Positions 11,501 through 26,500 of a stretch of DNA of 64,000 nt are shown here, piece after piece. The position numbers and the translations under genes are program-made. The stretch is from Yuukianura sp. NJ FZ-2021 (Eukaryota): assembly GCA_046563655.1 (NCBI GenBank), contig CM102286.1, forward strand, positions 5,704,001 to 5,768,000, given 5' to 3'. The notes beneath the pieces were generated by a model, which saw only the letters and a program-made list of their open reading frames with translations, was not told the DNA's origin and did no database searches. Every line of letters starts with the position of its first letter. The stretch's first letter is position 1.

Positions 11501-14500
11501 ACGAAAAACCCCTATTTGAATAAGCGACGGATGTATGCTCATCTTCGTTATTCAAAGACTTTGAAAATCTTTCAAAATTCTTTCATTCGAGGAAAAATCG
11601 GATGTAAACATCCGGACTCAACGTCATTTTCCGTTAAACACGAAATCACACCTATGCGAGATAGTATTTTTACAGCAAAATCATTGTTCAAATTAAATTT
11701 TTCCAAAAATTTGTTCAAACAAGACAATTAAAATTCTAAATCCTCAAATTCCATACAAAATCAGCTTTTGAACAGAAATTTCGGCTTAACTGTAAGTTTA
11801 TGAAAGGGACTGAAATTACATACTCACATCACTTGTCAAAAATTTGTTCAAAGTGGAACTTGAGATACACCAAAGGAAGCAATTGAAATGAAAACAAAGT
11901 TTCGTTTATCCTCCGAAAATGTAATTCATTCCAATTTAACAATCCAGGATTTTAGAAGATGAAATTTTCTCCTCCTACTCCGCCTTAACGTGTTTAGTTT
12001 GTTTTGAAAAGTTTTTGAAAATGTTAGTAGTGGGTGCTTGAGAGGGTGAAACAAGGTGGTTTCACCTTACTTTTTCTCATACCTAACCATTCAGAAAATG
12101 GAAACAAATTTTTCGTTCTCACAGTAGCGTGTAGCTCATTCATAGGTGTAAATTTGATACCTTCTTACAAGCTTATTTGTAAGAACAGGTTGAAATCTTA
12201 AGAAAAATTTCTTTGACTAAAAGAAAGCCGCTTTTTCTTCGGTTCCACGCAGTCTAACAAAACCCGTCGTACCAAATTTCCACCAAAATTTCTTACATGG
12301 TTAGCACAGCATACAGCGTGTCGTATACCAACATAACCATGTTAGTTAAGCTTCTGCATTGTCTAACTTTTAGTTCTACCGTACCAAACAACAGGCTTCC
12401 AACGAGGCTTGACCATAATACAAAGTATAGCATTAATCAAACCCATATTTCATCCCCATTTAATGACAATTTCTTTTTCAACATTGTTCTCCCTATTCAG
12501 ATCTGATATTTTGGGAATCCTGAATCAAAAACGGATATCCGGTGACACGAAGAAGCACTGCACATGACACGTTACATGCAACACATCCCTCTCAATCACA
12601 AATACGTTCATTCCCATAGCAGTAACCTATGAATGTTCATTTCCAACCAGCTCATAAAGTACAACAGCCCCGCTTCAAAAAAAATTTCATCTCTAAACCG
12701 AAAGCTTCACGGAAACACCGGTCGTTTTCCTTAAATGATGATGAACAATTGAAAATCATATCACATAGCCTAACCTACAGTAAGCTTACAACATTCTCAA
12801 TTCCAAAATATAATCCAAAAACGCAAAAAAAGTTGCTAGTAAAAATCCATTCAAATAAAAATTTCTCCAATTCGGCTTAGTATTCACTTAAGTTCGAAAG
12901 TTCGCAATCGTTATTAGCCAGTCGTTGGGTATCCAGTATTTCTTTCAGTAAGTAAAATAAAATCAAAACCACATCCGCTCTGAGACTTAAATAAGAAAAA
13001 TCTCCCCAAAACAAAGTTAAACTATTCCAGAGCCTTGTTGTCAAAAACATCTTATTTAGCCACGAATTCAATACAGGAAAAAATACCGTATTTTCTGGTA
13101 CTCACCTGTCCAGAGCATTCTGGATGGAAGTTCATGTAGTTGAATCATTGTAGACGTGGAAGGAGTGTACAGCTCCGTCTTTACAGAAGAGTCGTAATTC
13201 AATCAAAAAAATATCCAAGGCTGTACCAAAGGAAACGGCAAAGGGAGAATATTAAATTTCTGTTGGAGAAAGTTTCCGTCGTTTTGCTTTCTCCGAAGCC
13301 AATTCCTTGTTAATGGAATTCCTTTCTGCCCTCAACAGAATTGAAACTTGAATGAAAGGGAAAACGTCCACTTTTAAAGTCTTCAAATCAAATTACTCAA
13401 AGTTTCCAAAATACAATTTGGTTAGAGATGGAACAAGAGGCTTCTGTAGTGAAGGAGTGGAGAGAAAGTAATGAAAGTCTTGAGAGACCTTTCTTCTATC
13501 CTGTGCAGGAAAACTGATTGATTTGTTTATTCATTTTTCAAAGGGATCCATTTCATCTTGACCAAAAAGCCTCTTAGTCTTAATGAATTCAATCACAGCC
13601 TCCGACTTCTTCCTTTGGAAACAATGTTAAAAAATTCAGAGTTCTCTATCTTGTCACTAACCACAAACACAACAGAGGGAGCCGGAGAAAATAAAAAATG
13701 TGCACAAGTCCAGTGTGTCTCTCTCAGGAAAACCATAAAGGCATATTAAAATGTAGAACTTTTCGTGGTCTTCCTTTGTGGGTTCACATCTATTAGAACA
13801 CTGACTCAAAAACCTAGCCAACTTAAGTTTTTTTGGACTTCCAATGCTAAACACACTTCACGACTACAGTTTCAACTGAAACCGACTACAAACTCTGGCA
13901 AATGGCAAATGAGAGGATGATGATGGACTCAGAGGTTCACCCCCTTCAAAAACTTTAGTACTGCCAAACTTCTACCACCACCACATGTGATGATGACGCT
14001 GATAATAAGACAATAGTTTTAACATTTCCTACTTTTCTTGAAAAAGAACAATGCTAGCCAAAGGCTACTTCTTTGTAATCAAGGGAACTTTGGAGTAAAC
14101 AAGGTTTGTTAACTGCCAAGGACTTTGTAAGATCTAATATTTTGTAGGTGTAAGCTAGAAATTTATCTAGAAATCTTTTGCACCCTCTCCCTCCTAAATG
14201 TTAAGTTGACGATTTGAAATCAAAATCTGAACTGAAATATTTGAGTAATGGGTGAACGGGGGAGTTTTAGTAGTGGGACTTCTCTGATTCTAATGGGATT
14301 TGGATTCGGAATATACTAAGCCCAGGCATTTGTACCCCTACGGTTTGCCCCAGTTGAAAACAGAGGGGTTGACCGGTTCAGCTAGCAACTTCCGGCCAAT
14401 CGCTCTGCCAGCGCACCTGGGAACATGGGAAACACTCGAAATTTAATATATTTTGTATTGTTTGTTATTTCGAATCTAAAATTCTCCTACACAACAATAC

Positions 14501-17500
14501 CTCTACACCGATGAAGTTAAAATCCTGCCTAACACGTCAAATCCTCCCGCTCCAGAGCGTCTTAAACCTCAAAAAGTGTACAACAATCCACATTTTTTCG
14601 AATAAATTTTTCGACACAAATGACAAATTCGAGAAACTCCAAAAATCCATCCATACCAAGCAATGTGAAAAAACTTGTAAAGTTTTTGAACTGTAAAGAG
14701 TTATTGTTAGAAATTTTTGTTAAATTTTGAAATTTTGAATTGGAACTTTGCCAGTAAAAACTTGGTTGTTTAGGATTCAAAACTGTTTGTGATCGTAATC
14801 ATCTTAATTTACGTTATAGTGATGTTCTCACGGGGTCAACACGAAGTTTTGCAGAAGGGAAATACTGCAGAAGTAAAATCTAATGAGGCAACCATTATTA
14901 GATCGGAGTTAAGATACTTGGAAACCAACGGTTTAAAGTTCATTGTTTCTTTTAATAAAAATTGAATAGTGGCACCATTATGGAATCATTTCCCTGAGAG
15001 CGCGATGACCCAGGATGAAAAGCTAAAACAGAAAATCTTATGAAAAGGGGGCTGCGATGCCGTCTGTCTGATGCCTTGTGTAGGCCGACTACAAAATTAT
15101 TTCAAGTCATGACCCCATGATTTGACCGATTACAAATAGAAAAATTCCCATAAGCTTTCAAGTCCCTACCCTCATAATTCCATTATGGCACGTAATATTT
15201 AATTTTGTGAGCCGGACATGATACAGTTAAGAGAAAATGCCAACTTTCGTACACACGGAGAGCAGGTTTCCTTCCGGTAAAATTGGAAAAGTTCGCATTC
15301 TTTTTAGTCAGTTGTAGTAAAGTAGGATAAAAGTTAGAATTTCCGTATATTTGGAAACAAATGAAACAAAAGGTAAACAAATCCATTGAGTGACCACTTC
15401 CCATATCACCACACCAAAAGCACTAAAACACAATTAAGCTAATTTTGCATTAGCAAATTACGCTACGAATCGCACCACCACCCAGAACACTTCGTCAGCC
15501 ACTCAACCTAGTTTCCTTTGTTTCAAATCTCCCATGCCTAGCGTTTACACGCCAAAAAATTGCTTAAAAATTAGAAATGAAACGAAAGGGAACGAAGGGG
15601 TTGTAATACGTGAACTAAATTAGGAAAAAATAAACACTTTAGTCATAATTTACTTCATGATTCGTAAAATTGCTTTTTCTTCATGTATCTTGCTTCGATG
15701 ATTTTTGCTACAAATAATTACAGGGACCTGTCTCTACTTTACATAACAATTTTCAACGAGAGTGAAATGGATTTTAGACAACTTAAGTAACTTTTAAGTA
15801 ACTTATTTTTCAAATTAAAAAATACAAAGTTACCAAATGCATGCTTTTTGCCAAATTAACTCTCAGTCTAAAAGCATTTAAAAGTTAGGCTTCAATTCCT
15901 AAAAGAAACTGAAAACTTTAAATTTTTAAATTTCAACATTAATTGGTCTTCAAAAATTTATGAAAAACGCCGCGTGCGCTTTCGAAAAAGTAACATTTGG
16001 CTTCAGTATGACAAAGAAAAGCAAACTTCAAGCAATAGTTTTCTTAGAAATTTCAGCACGTGTTTCTGCTCTATTGAAATTTTAAGATTTTGAAAGTTGT
16101 CCGCCTCCAATTCAAAATGCTCTAGCACTTTTGAACATTTGGAGCCACGGAGGCTTTTATTTAAAATTTTGAACAAGAACAAGCCGATGGAGTTCCAAAT
16201 TCAAAAAACGCTCCTCCTAAGCTACAACCCCATTGTTGCGTCGTGCCTTTTTGAAATGAACAATGGAAAAAGCGCCCGGTCAATCAGAATGAACGTTCAG
16301 AATAATATTATCTTCGTGTGGGTGGAGTTGAAGTGAGTGTGTAAGGACATTTGGATGTCAAATTTTGAGGACTACGCTAAGCTTTAGCAGCAACTTCTAA
16401 GCATTTTTCAATGATGTAATGCAATGCGTGGGTAGTTTGGATGCTTCCTGTTCTCTGTGTGCTAGAAACTATTTGAAAGACAAAAAAAATCCAAGAAGAA
16501 TCGCTCGTAGTCTTCTGTAACCAACTTTCATTCAAAAAAATATTGTGGAAAACGGAAGTCGAGGTTTCGGTTACGCACTGGGGTCTATAAGTTGTATAAT
16601 GGAAATCTTTTCCCTTATGGTTAAGTGCTCTCAAATCATCGCCTCCTATCCTGGAACCCCCTTCTGTTCCCCTACTACTCCACATTTTACGAAATTGTGC
16701 CACTGTGTGAATCTCTAGATTCCATAATCTCCGCGTACAGAACCAAAATCTGCAAAATTTCGAAAATGCTAGGGTGAAAATCGCAAAATTTATCACAAGA
16801 ACTTTGAAAATTTTCATTTTTAGATACAAAATTTCCGATTTTTAACCAGTTTTTCTAAGTTTCTCCCCCTAAATCTCATAGGTTGAAAGACGTTAATCAG
16901 TTTTTGACACTTTGTACTATGTTTCTTGAGAATTGACTTAACCAGTTTCCAGTTCGCCTGTCAGAAACGTTACATTTGAACTCAACTCTTCATTATCCTA
17001 TAGAACATAGGAGAAAAAAGAACAATTTCATTCACAAACACGACTTCCGGTGACAAGTTCCTTTTGAGTTTGACCAAAAAAAGAACAGGACCTGGGTTCA
17101 ATCTCGTAGCCTGCATGCTCAACCCATTCATTATTACCTCTTCCCGCTTGTTCCAGTTGCAGCGCTTGTTGTTTTTTCAAAAACTAAATTATCATACCAC
17201 TACCCAGTACGCTGCTGAGGAATGAATGAACTACAGACCAAGCCATAAGTCAAAGTCATTCCTCTTTTTTCGAAACCAACACCATCTTTGTTGTCTTTTG
17301 TCAACATGGACGCCTGTTTTACTTTGCAGTTTGCAGGCGGGAAAACTTGGAAAAATTTGAAACTTACCGCCGCCATTCATAAAGGAGTTGGACGTAATTG
17401 ATGGAGCAGAAGAGGACGGGGGCATGGCAGAACTGGAACATTGGACTGACGGTTTGGATTGTTCCAGAGCATAACTGTCAAGGAATTCAGTCAAATCCGG

Positions 17501-20500
17501 TACTGCACAAACTGACTCATACAGGTTGTCCATAAGGGATGATCGGTTAAGCTCCACATCTGAAACTGGTCAAAAAAAGAGAACAATCAGAGTCAAAACA
17601 TTTTTTTAAATTTCCAACAAATTTCAAACAATTGAAAAGGCGTTGTAGACTTCTCGCGCGCAGACTCCACATCCGTTTAGCAAGGCCAATTCATAATAAT
17701 AGTTGGTGGGAATGCCAAAAGGAAGCCCATTTTCATTAGAATGCTCAATATTCGGAGGGATATGAATATCCTGTTTGATAGAAAACAAAAAGTGTCCCAT
17801 TGATTTCCTTTTTCCCTTTCCGGCTTTTATATTGTGTAGTACACGGGATGCGCTCTTTTCGTCCTCTCTGTTCAAAAGCGATTGGGAAAAAATAGGATTT
17901 TAATGTGGAAACAACATCCCGATTACCAACATTCAGCTCCCTGACACTGCCAGGATAATTTCCGCCTACACTTTTTAATTTTTCAAAAAACTGTTTTAAC
18001 AAAATCTCTAGGAGAGAAAAATTTATTCAAAGTTAATTTTTCTCGGAAAACGTGACTGTGGAGCTACATTTCATTTGCAGCTACCCACTCTAATACATCT
18101 CAAGATTTTCTGAAAGTGCAAGCGTCGGAACAGGTGAAACCTAGTGACCGTGTCCAAAAATCACTGTGGCAGAAAAGCAACAATTTCTAAAGAAGAACGT
18201 CGTCTCCTGTATCACAGTGTCAGTGTTATACAAGACCAATTTTCCCCTCTTATCTAACCCAATGAAAGTGAATCATTCCTCGGAAAAGTGTAAGCTGTGC
18301 TGAAGTCGTCAAGCGTTGAAAAGCGTAGTTACTCTCCCCCTCAAAATTTTTTTCGTAACCTACTTCACTTTATGCTTTCTCCAAAAATACGAAAATCATT
18401 GAAGTCATTGCAATGAAGGGAAAAAAGTTCAATTTTAAAAGCAATTCTTAAAGTTTCAAAAGTGAAAGCAGCTAAAAAAGTGGAAAGACTAAAACTAAAA
18501 AAAAAGACTAAAAGAAGTACCTCCTAATTGGGAACCTAACAAGGTAGAGCAAAAAAAAGAAGAAAGTAATACCTGCAGGAGCTAAACGGTAGTCCTTGAG
18601 TGACTAAAAAGAGTTTTAGGCGTTTCGAGTTTTTTAGTCTATGGAATCATCTTGAAAGACTATAATAAACAAGACTCTAGTTGAACAATGGATTTCAACT
18701 ACCCAGCAATAAAGCGAAAGCCAAAACATTCCCTAAGGGAAAAAACGACTAAAGTGGAACATTTACATGTTTGTGGATGATGCTGGAATGGAGGTGAGAA
18801 TCTCAGCTTTATGTTTGAAACTGACTGGTTAGTGTAGATGAAGGTACATACATACATCATAAAGAGGGAGATTTCAAATGGACCAATAGAAATGCTGGAT
18901 TTGTTCTCCACAATCATAAGGCCTATCATCACGATCTCCAACGACCAAGACACGTCCAGTGAATATCATCACGGACAGGTAAAAAAATATAATCATAAAT
19001 CTGTTTCTGGTGTTGGAAAAAAAAGATAAGTGGTTTCAAAGTGGAGGCACTTCGGGCAAACTTGGTTTCATAATCCTGGTTATGTTCACTTCGATTCATT
19101 ACTCACAAAAGTATCAAATTTTGAAAAATTCTGTATCACTATTTGAATTGAGTGTCAGACAATGGCGTGAAGGAAATCCCGAAATGTTTCAGTTACAGAA
19201 TACAAAATGGACTATCTAATCTATCTCTAACATCAATTTAAAAATGGAAGGATTGGGAATGGCTCACCCCCAATGAAATGTCGCCTCTTAAGTGGAGGTT
19301 TGCTCGGAGTACAGTAAAACCCTAGTTTCAGTACTTTTTTTTTAATTCCACTAGAATTGGAGTTGTTTACGTGTAAAAACTAGGATTATCAGTAACTACA
19401 CAAACACAACGTAAGATAGGTTATGTTGGCGTTTTCCAAGGACAGAAATCAAATACGCGAAGTATTTAAAATCCAAAGGGAAAAAAAAACTAATTTTGAC
19501 GAATAATTTGATTTTGATTTTGGGGTTTACACCAACTGACTTTGTTCATAACACCAATTCGTTCTGCTTAGACTAACAAGCTACTTAAGTCAAAACCTAA
19601 CCGAAATCAAAAGGTGGTGAAAATTCAGATACATTTCATGCTATCAGTTATTACGTGGAGTTTCTCAACTTTTCAAGGCAAACACTCGTTGATTTTCACC
19701 TCGAAAGAAGTGTACGTTATTGACACAACCTCACCACCGAAGCTTATGGACGGAGCCTTTATAAAGCGACTTAAAACCGTCTCAGGAACTCAATGTTAAT
19801 TTCTTGAATACGAACTTGAAATCGTTTCAATTCCCATTTCCCAGTTATACGCTCGTGTTATCTCCGACTTAACTGTCGTCGATGAATCTTTGTTTGGTTT
19901 TCCTGATTTAGTTCCTGGAAACTATAAGAATTGAATGACTGACTGATAACTTTTAGCGGTTTGATGTTCGCAAAACCCAAAAACTCTAGAATAAGGAGAA
20001 TGTTTCAGTTCCTTCTCGGTTCATATGCTGTCATATTCACAAATTCACTGGAAACAAGTTAACTCATATCCCACCTTCAAATCACTGAAACCAATTAATT
20101 ATTCACACCCAAACATTTGAATGGTAAAAAATCCGATTACACCAGATAGGCCAGGAAATACGGCAAATCTCTTACTTTGCCACAGATAAACCATACGGCG
20201 AAATGTTTTTGTAATTTTTTTCCCCATTTGCTTCAATTTCAGTACTAGAACGCAGCTATTGTTAAAACAGTTATGAAATAAATTGTGAATATTCCAAAGA
20301 CCGGGACTACCGTGCACCTTCTGATCCAGTCAATAACTGGTAGATTCACTTTCCCTACCGTAATTCATATCGCATCCTTTGAGGTATTATACAATATTAT
20401 ACAGAACAGAAGTCAAGATAAGCTCCAACGTTACGAAACTTCAAATTCAAGTTAATTCCCGTACTTGTCAGTTTTTTTAAAATCACTTTTCAAAAACTAA

Positions 20501-23500
20501 CATTTTCAGAGTTTCTTACCCTTTTCAATTATAAAGCCTAGATGTTCCCAGAGGATGTCGCCAAGATACGGCGGAGCCCTGGCCAGAAACGCATCTCTTC
20601 CTAGAGCCAAAATGTCTTTGCCCTTCATCTGAAACGTATTGAGGTTGATTCCTTCAAAGGAAAACTCCTGTGTTGCCCAGTACAGCCAGTGGGCCACATG
20701 ATTTTCATTCCACTGCTTAGGATCTGAAACAAAAGCATAAATTCATTAATTAATTCTACTGCAATGCACAATAGTCACAATGGCGGAAAGATGACTCTAA
20801 AATGTAATACTGAAACATGTCAACTGCAATTGAATTAAATCACTTGGACCTGGACTGGACCTTGTCACTTCTATGCCCGAGTGCATTTTACAACCCAACT
20901 TTTAAACTTAAGTTTGCTACAGTGGCTAAAGCGAAACAATAACATATACACGTCAAGGTATTTAAAAGTCAGAAGCGACAAGTTTTGCCACAAGCTCCTG
21001 CTGTCAGACAAATACTGCAAAAAAAAAGTTCTATTATTCGTTAACGACCAGCAACTTTCTAGAAAAAAAAGTCAAAAGAGTCATGACATGAGTCGAGGTC
21101 ATCACCATTCACTTCTTCTGCAAGTACAGGAAAGTTAGCATAACAATAGACAAGGCTCTCGGAGTAAGTAAACTATTCAAACGAGATTTTCATTTCACGC
21201 TACAATGATCTTCAGCAGCGTCGTCCGTGCTGCTACAACACGAGCTAAATATCATCTTTACAAAAAAAAAACATTTCGAATTCTGACAGACGCGAAACTC
21301 ACCATCAAATTAAAAAAAATGACTCTTCCAAGTGCCCCGCCCACCCTCTGTCCAACAAATTCAAATTTTCTTTTCAATCACAAATGAAAATCATGGTCAA
21401 AATTTTTATAAACCATGAAAAAAAGTTCCAGAGACTACTATAACTTTTTTCCACAGTAAATTGTGGTAGGTGAGGCTAAAATTTGTTAACACTGGGAAGC
21501 ATGAATTTACCATTAAGCCCTTCTAGCACGACGAAGTAAAAAATGCTATCCAGTTAAAATCAGGACAAAATTAAAAAAGCGTTCCCCTAATCTCTGATTG
21601 TTCTTTCGTCAGACGTAAGTCAAGTGTGTCGGAGTAGAGCCATTGTTTAGCAGAGTAAATGGACACAGTAATTCTGTTTTCTATTCTTTTGTACACCCCA
21701 ACAGGGTGGAGTCCTCTTTTTTGAACTTTTGAGATGGAGCAACAAACTAAAACTACCCCAAACACTTTTCCTATCTCAAAATCTATTCGCTTGGGCTCAA
21801 AAATTGCAAAATCTTTTCATCCGAGATCCATCAAGGTGTCATTGGACTCCTGCTATTGTTTAATTAACTAAAATGGAAAATAAAGTAGTTTGTTCTCAAA
21901 ATAAAATCTCCGACCTAGCCTGACTCCAGTTAATGAAGTTTTTTAGACAATTGATTCATGCTAACGTCGCATTTTAGTATTTAGAAAATTTTTTGTTTAA
22001 TAACTTCAACTTGCGTCAATTCGAATCCAGCTAGTGCGTCATTGCTGTACAATAATATAAAAATATCACATTTTTATATTCTACCAGGAAAACCACACTA
22101 AGGTTTCAAACCAATAAGATTTTAGCAAAGCCAAAGCCACAGCGACCACTCTGCTGTAACAACTTTGGCTCTCACGCACCGAAAACCTAACCATCCGGAT
22201 GCATATTCTCAAAATCCAAATCCAGAAAAAAGTGATTTTTTTTTGAAAATTTCCGAAACGAATTCATACATTGGTTGTCAGTGCTCAAATTCATGCTAAA
22301 TTTTCAAAGTTCAGAAATTTCAACCACCACGATTCCAGCAAAATTAAAAGTTTTGGTGAAAAACTCGAAAACGGAGGCAGTAAGACTGTCTATGAGGTCC
22401 ATTTTGAACAGTAGATTTGGCGTGTTTAAAATGAGACTTTGTTCAATTCTAATTCCCAAAGAGACCACGAATTCTCTCAAGTACAATTCAGTGTCAAGAG
22501 GTTGGTGGGAGATTTTAAAGTCATGGAGGATTGACTTGTGCTTATAAAATGGCCTCATAAATTGAGTTAATTAAGCCTTAATAAGTTTAAATCAGTGCGA
22601 CAAGGAGAGAACTTTACAAGAAGCTCTGCCGAGCTCTCCTGCTGCTTTTACTTGTAGAGATCTCAAAATTAAAATTTGGAAAAGGACAATGAACATGCAA
22701 CAGTTCAACTGAACTGGAATACAAGGGTCTTTGTACACATTAATAATCATTGCGGGAGACCCTACTGCTTGCTCAACTATTAAATAGTATAATGTTCCTT
22801 TCATTAACTCATTTAAAACTATTAAACACATTATTGGAACCAACGAAACGGAGAGTGAGGGATCAAATTTCCAGTTCTGCATACGACCAGGGCATCGGTC
22901 AACCTTAATTATTAATGACATCAACCAAGTGATTCCAATTTAAGCACATTTCGGAGAAGACAGGCCTCCTTAGGGCTAATACATGACAGCCAATTGAATT
23001 TTACGGAATAAAAATAAGTTAAAACTAAACTATTTTTCTCAAAAATGCTATCACTCCGGCTTGAGTACTGCACTACTTGAATCAAACACTAAATCTATTT
23101 TTATTTAAAGCTTTTAAATAATTCAGTCAAATTTATTTTACAGTTTTTTTTTTCAAATATTTTGGTCGCTTGGATTGATATTTCTTCTTTCGCTTCTGAT
23201 TTTAAAGCTATAGCCGTTCAGACTGATACTAACTTAACAATTTTAGAAATTTCCTTCAACATACCCTAACATAAACTAGCGTGACGTACACTTAAAAGTT
23301 CCATTTGTAAACTGCTTTTGACATCTCACTACACTCTGAAGGCATTTAAGCCTCGAAGATGATTGCTTAAAGTGACACTTTTTCCAACTTTCAAACTTAA
23401 CCTCATCGTAAGCAGTCAATTTCCATTATGTTTCACCAGCGCCAGTACAGGCCTTATTTGTGCCGCTAGAAAACAAATCCTAAAACTAAACTTTTCTCTC

Positions 23501-26500
23501 ATCTTTTGTGTTATGTTCGGACTGGAAAGATCATTTGTTGAGTTAGATTCTATTATTCCATTAAGCCTAATCTCCATTGTCTGTCATGTCAGTCCATTGT
23601 CCCAAAACAGTGATTACTCACTTCTGCTGTACAATTCCCTTCCTCGTGTGTCACAAAAATTAAAATATGTTCATTTACTTTAATAAATCTTATTATTGGA
23701 AGATACTGTCCATCCCATGTCCCACTCTCCCAGCACCCTCAGATCACTGATCACTCAGCTCATTCATTTAAGATCTTTGGATAAACAGTTCCCCAGGGGA
23801 GACTGGAATTGGTGATCCAAACGCCACCAAGCACCAGATCCCCTCCGCCGATATTTCTTTTTGACGCTGTTTTTGGAAGTGGTTCTGCAAAAAGTTTCAA
23901 AGGAACACCGAAGATTGTGCGCATTTGACACAATGGACCTATTTGAGGAGCAGCAGAGCATCTTTTCCAAGAGGAAACGCCTTAAGACAACAAATTTTCA
24001 ACAAACTGATTCAAAAATGGCAAATGAGAGAAAACGTTCGGCACCAACTGAATCCAATTTCAGGATACAAATATTGAGAGAGCTAAAACAAACAGTTTAA
24101 AAACAAATTTTTGCTAAATAGGTTTTTATGACTCAAAGGGCGACATTATGTTCCTTTTGGCTTGTTTTGTGAACAGATTTTCAAGCGCCCACACAAAACT
24201 TTCATATTTTTCAGTTTAGAGAGCTAATTTGACTCAATTCATACTACCCTGAATGAATTGCTTTGGAACATGTGCCAGCTTTTCAAAATTTGCAAAATGG
24301 AATGATTTATGAAAAGCGGTGAAACTCAAAATAAATACTGAAAGACAGAAATAAAAAGAAAAGACCATTTGTAAACTTAACGTTTAGCTTCAGACAGCGG
24401 TTAAACCTTCATACCAATTTTTCTAAAAATCCATTCATCTTCATCTTCAAAAATCCAAGCACAGCACAACAGTTTTAGTACTACGCTTCGAAAATCCGCG
24501 CCATGACCTGTACCATTTGAAATCTTACTATAAAAATAATTTTGTAATAAAACCTATTGAATTTTGTCACAAGCCTTGACGCTTCTTCCGACAATGCTGA
24601 ACAGGTTAGGACATAAAGGATCTTTGAATTCGGAAACTATAAAGAGAATCTCGTTGAATAATGAAGAGAAATCCATGAATGAAAGCTTGTGAGCATGCTC
24701 AGAATGCGTCACAGTGATTAGAACAGAACACACCGCGGCGGTGTTTTCCTTTTGCTAAAAGTTTCATCTCATGTGTCGTCACCCTTTACTTGGAAATTTA
24801 TCAGATTATTTCCGCCGCCGCAGCATCAGAAGCCGCGCAGGAGCAAAATGATTGTATTGACATCACACCCTCCCAAATTCACAGAATCTTTCAAAATCTC
24901 CTTCATCTGTGGAGAGATTAATAAAAAACCAATTGTCTTTGTTTTCTAATGCACGGTCCAGGGTTCGTGACACTTTCTTTGTCATCAGCGTGCATTTGAA
25001 TTAGTCAGCTCCACAAAATGGATCCGTGGCCTCCTTGACTCCGTGCCAAGCGTTTCGAAATGGAACAAGATTTGTCATCTCACCAAAATTCTTCAGAAGG
25101 TTTCAGAAACAAAAGAATTTACAATTTTTCACCTACAATAATCTGCACGCAACTGAATTTTTCGTAGAATTGTCATTGTTGTGAATTCCAAAACGTCGTT
25201 TTGAGCAACTCAGTTTCAAAATTCTGCCCAATTTTTTACAAAATTTTTAATGATTTGCCTACCCTAACGTACCATCAGAGCTGCAACAGTTTAACATAGT
25301 AACCTAACGGTTGAAATAAAAGTTTTGATTTTCGTTTCAAATTTTCAAAATCTGAGAATCCTTTTGGACCATTTTTCAAAAAGCGTTAAGAAATTGAAAA
25401 TACCGTTAGAATTCTTGTGATTGACCTTCCAGGACAACGGGTTTAAGCCTCGTTGAAACATACGGTAAACGTAAAGATGCTGAGATGCTGTTCCCTGCAA
25501 CGTCAGACTTAAGGCACGCGCTAAACGGAATCTTTGTGGCTACCACTGCTCATCCTTCCACCCAAATCCGATTTTCTTCACCATTTGAGAGGGTTGATCA
25601 CTCGGTAGCACAGAAGATGCTTTTCAAAAAAGAAGTTAAGGGCTGAAGAGGGTTGAAAGAGAAAGTGCTCCCTTAAAATTACAAAGGGAGGACTTGACTC
25701 GAGTGTAAAAATCATCAGAGGCACGTACAGCCACAACTTGTTCACTTATTTCAACGAAACCAACTTCAGCCTTCAAAAAACTTATCCAAAGGCACCTGCT
25801 TTGGCAGTTGAACTGAAAAAAACGTCGGTTTCAACGTAACGACGACCACGACGCTTCACTTCTGTCTTATTATTTAGAAGCTGTAGGTAGGTCCTGTTGG
25901 ACTGACTGGTGGTTCTAGCTCAATTAACTTACAACATCTTGTCTTGTGGTTCTGTTCAGGGATCATGGAATGACTCTTCCAGAAAATAGAAGACCAACCT
26001 AGGCCCATTTACTACTCTCCCTAACGTCTCTGGACTACAGATGGCAAATATACCAACGCAGAAGACCACTTCTTCCCTCAACCAAGTCTTCGCAAGGTGT
26101 TTCGCATTTCCAACTAAAAATTCAACCTAACAATTCATATATAAAACTTCACAAATAGTCTTGGATAATAAAAATTCTGAATTGGAATCGACAAGAAAAC
26201 ATTATTCAAAAGGGCTCCCCTCTCTTTTTTCAAATTGCTTTAAACTTCTAACGGCAGATGCATTAGGATCATAATTATTACTTTCCTCATCAATCTACCT
26301 CCATCTACTCCCTCCAAGGACTTAAGGACTAGTCTCTCCTGCTATCAAATTTATTCAAAACCTGAATTTCATCTGCCAGAGACACCAAAAATCAACAGGT
26401 TTTGTTCTACTCCTCCAAGGATCTTGTTCAATAAAAAAAACTCTTCGGCGCGTGCCGAACACATCATCTTAAGGTAGATTCATCTGAAGGGCCTTAAGGC

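Noticed and set aside
13084..13096. TACCGTATTTTCT matching the Tc2 TIR start beside the P1-like donor
   Set aside because: Only 13 bp with no partner TIR; could be chance or an unrecognisable relic.
17085..17115. B-box-like GGTTCAATC, as a possible tRNA or SINE
   Set aside because: No cloverleaf, A-box or tail discernible.
23933..24100. + strand small ORF with KRKR ([16 protein letters not shown]...)
   Set aside because: No splice, promoter or homology support; length compatible with chance.
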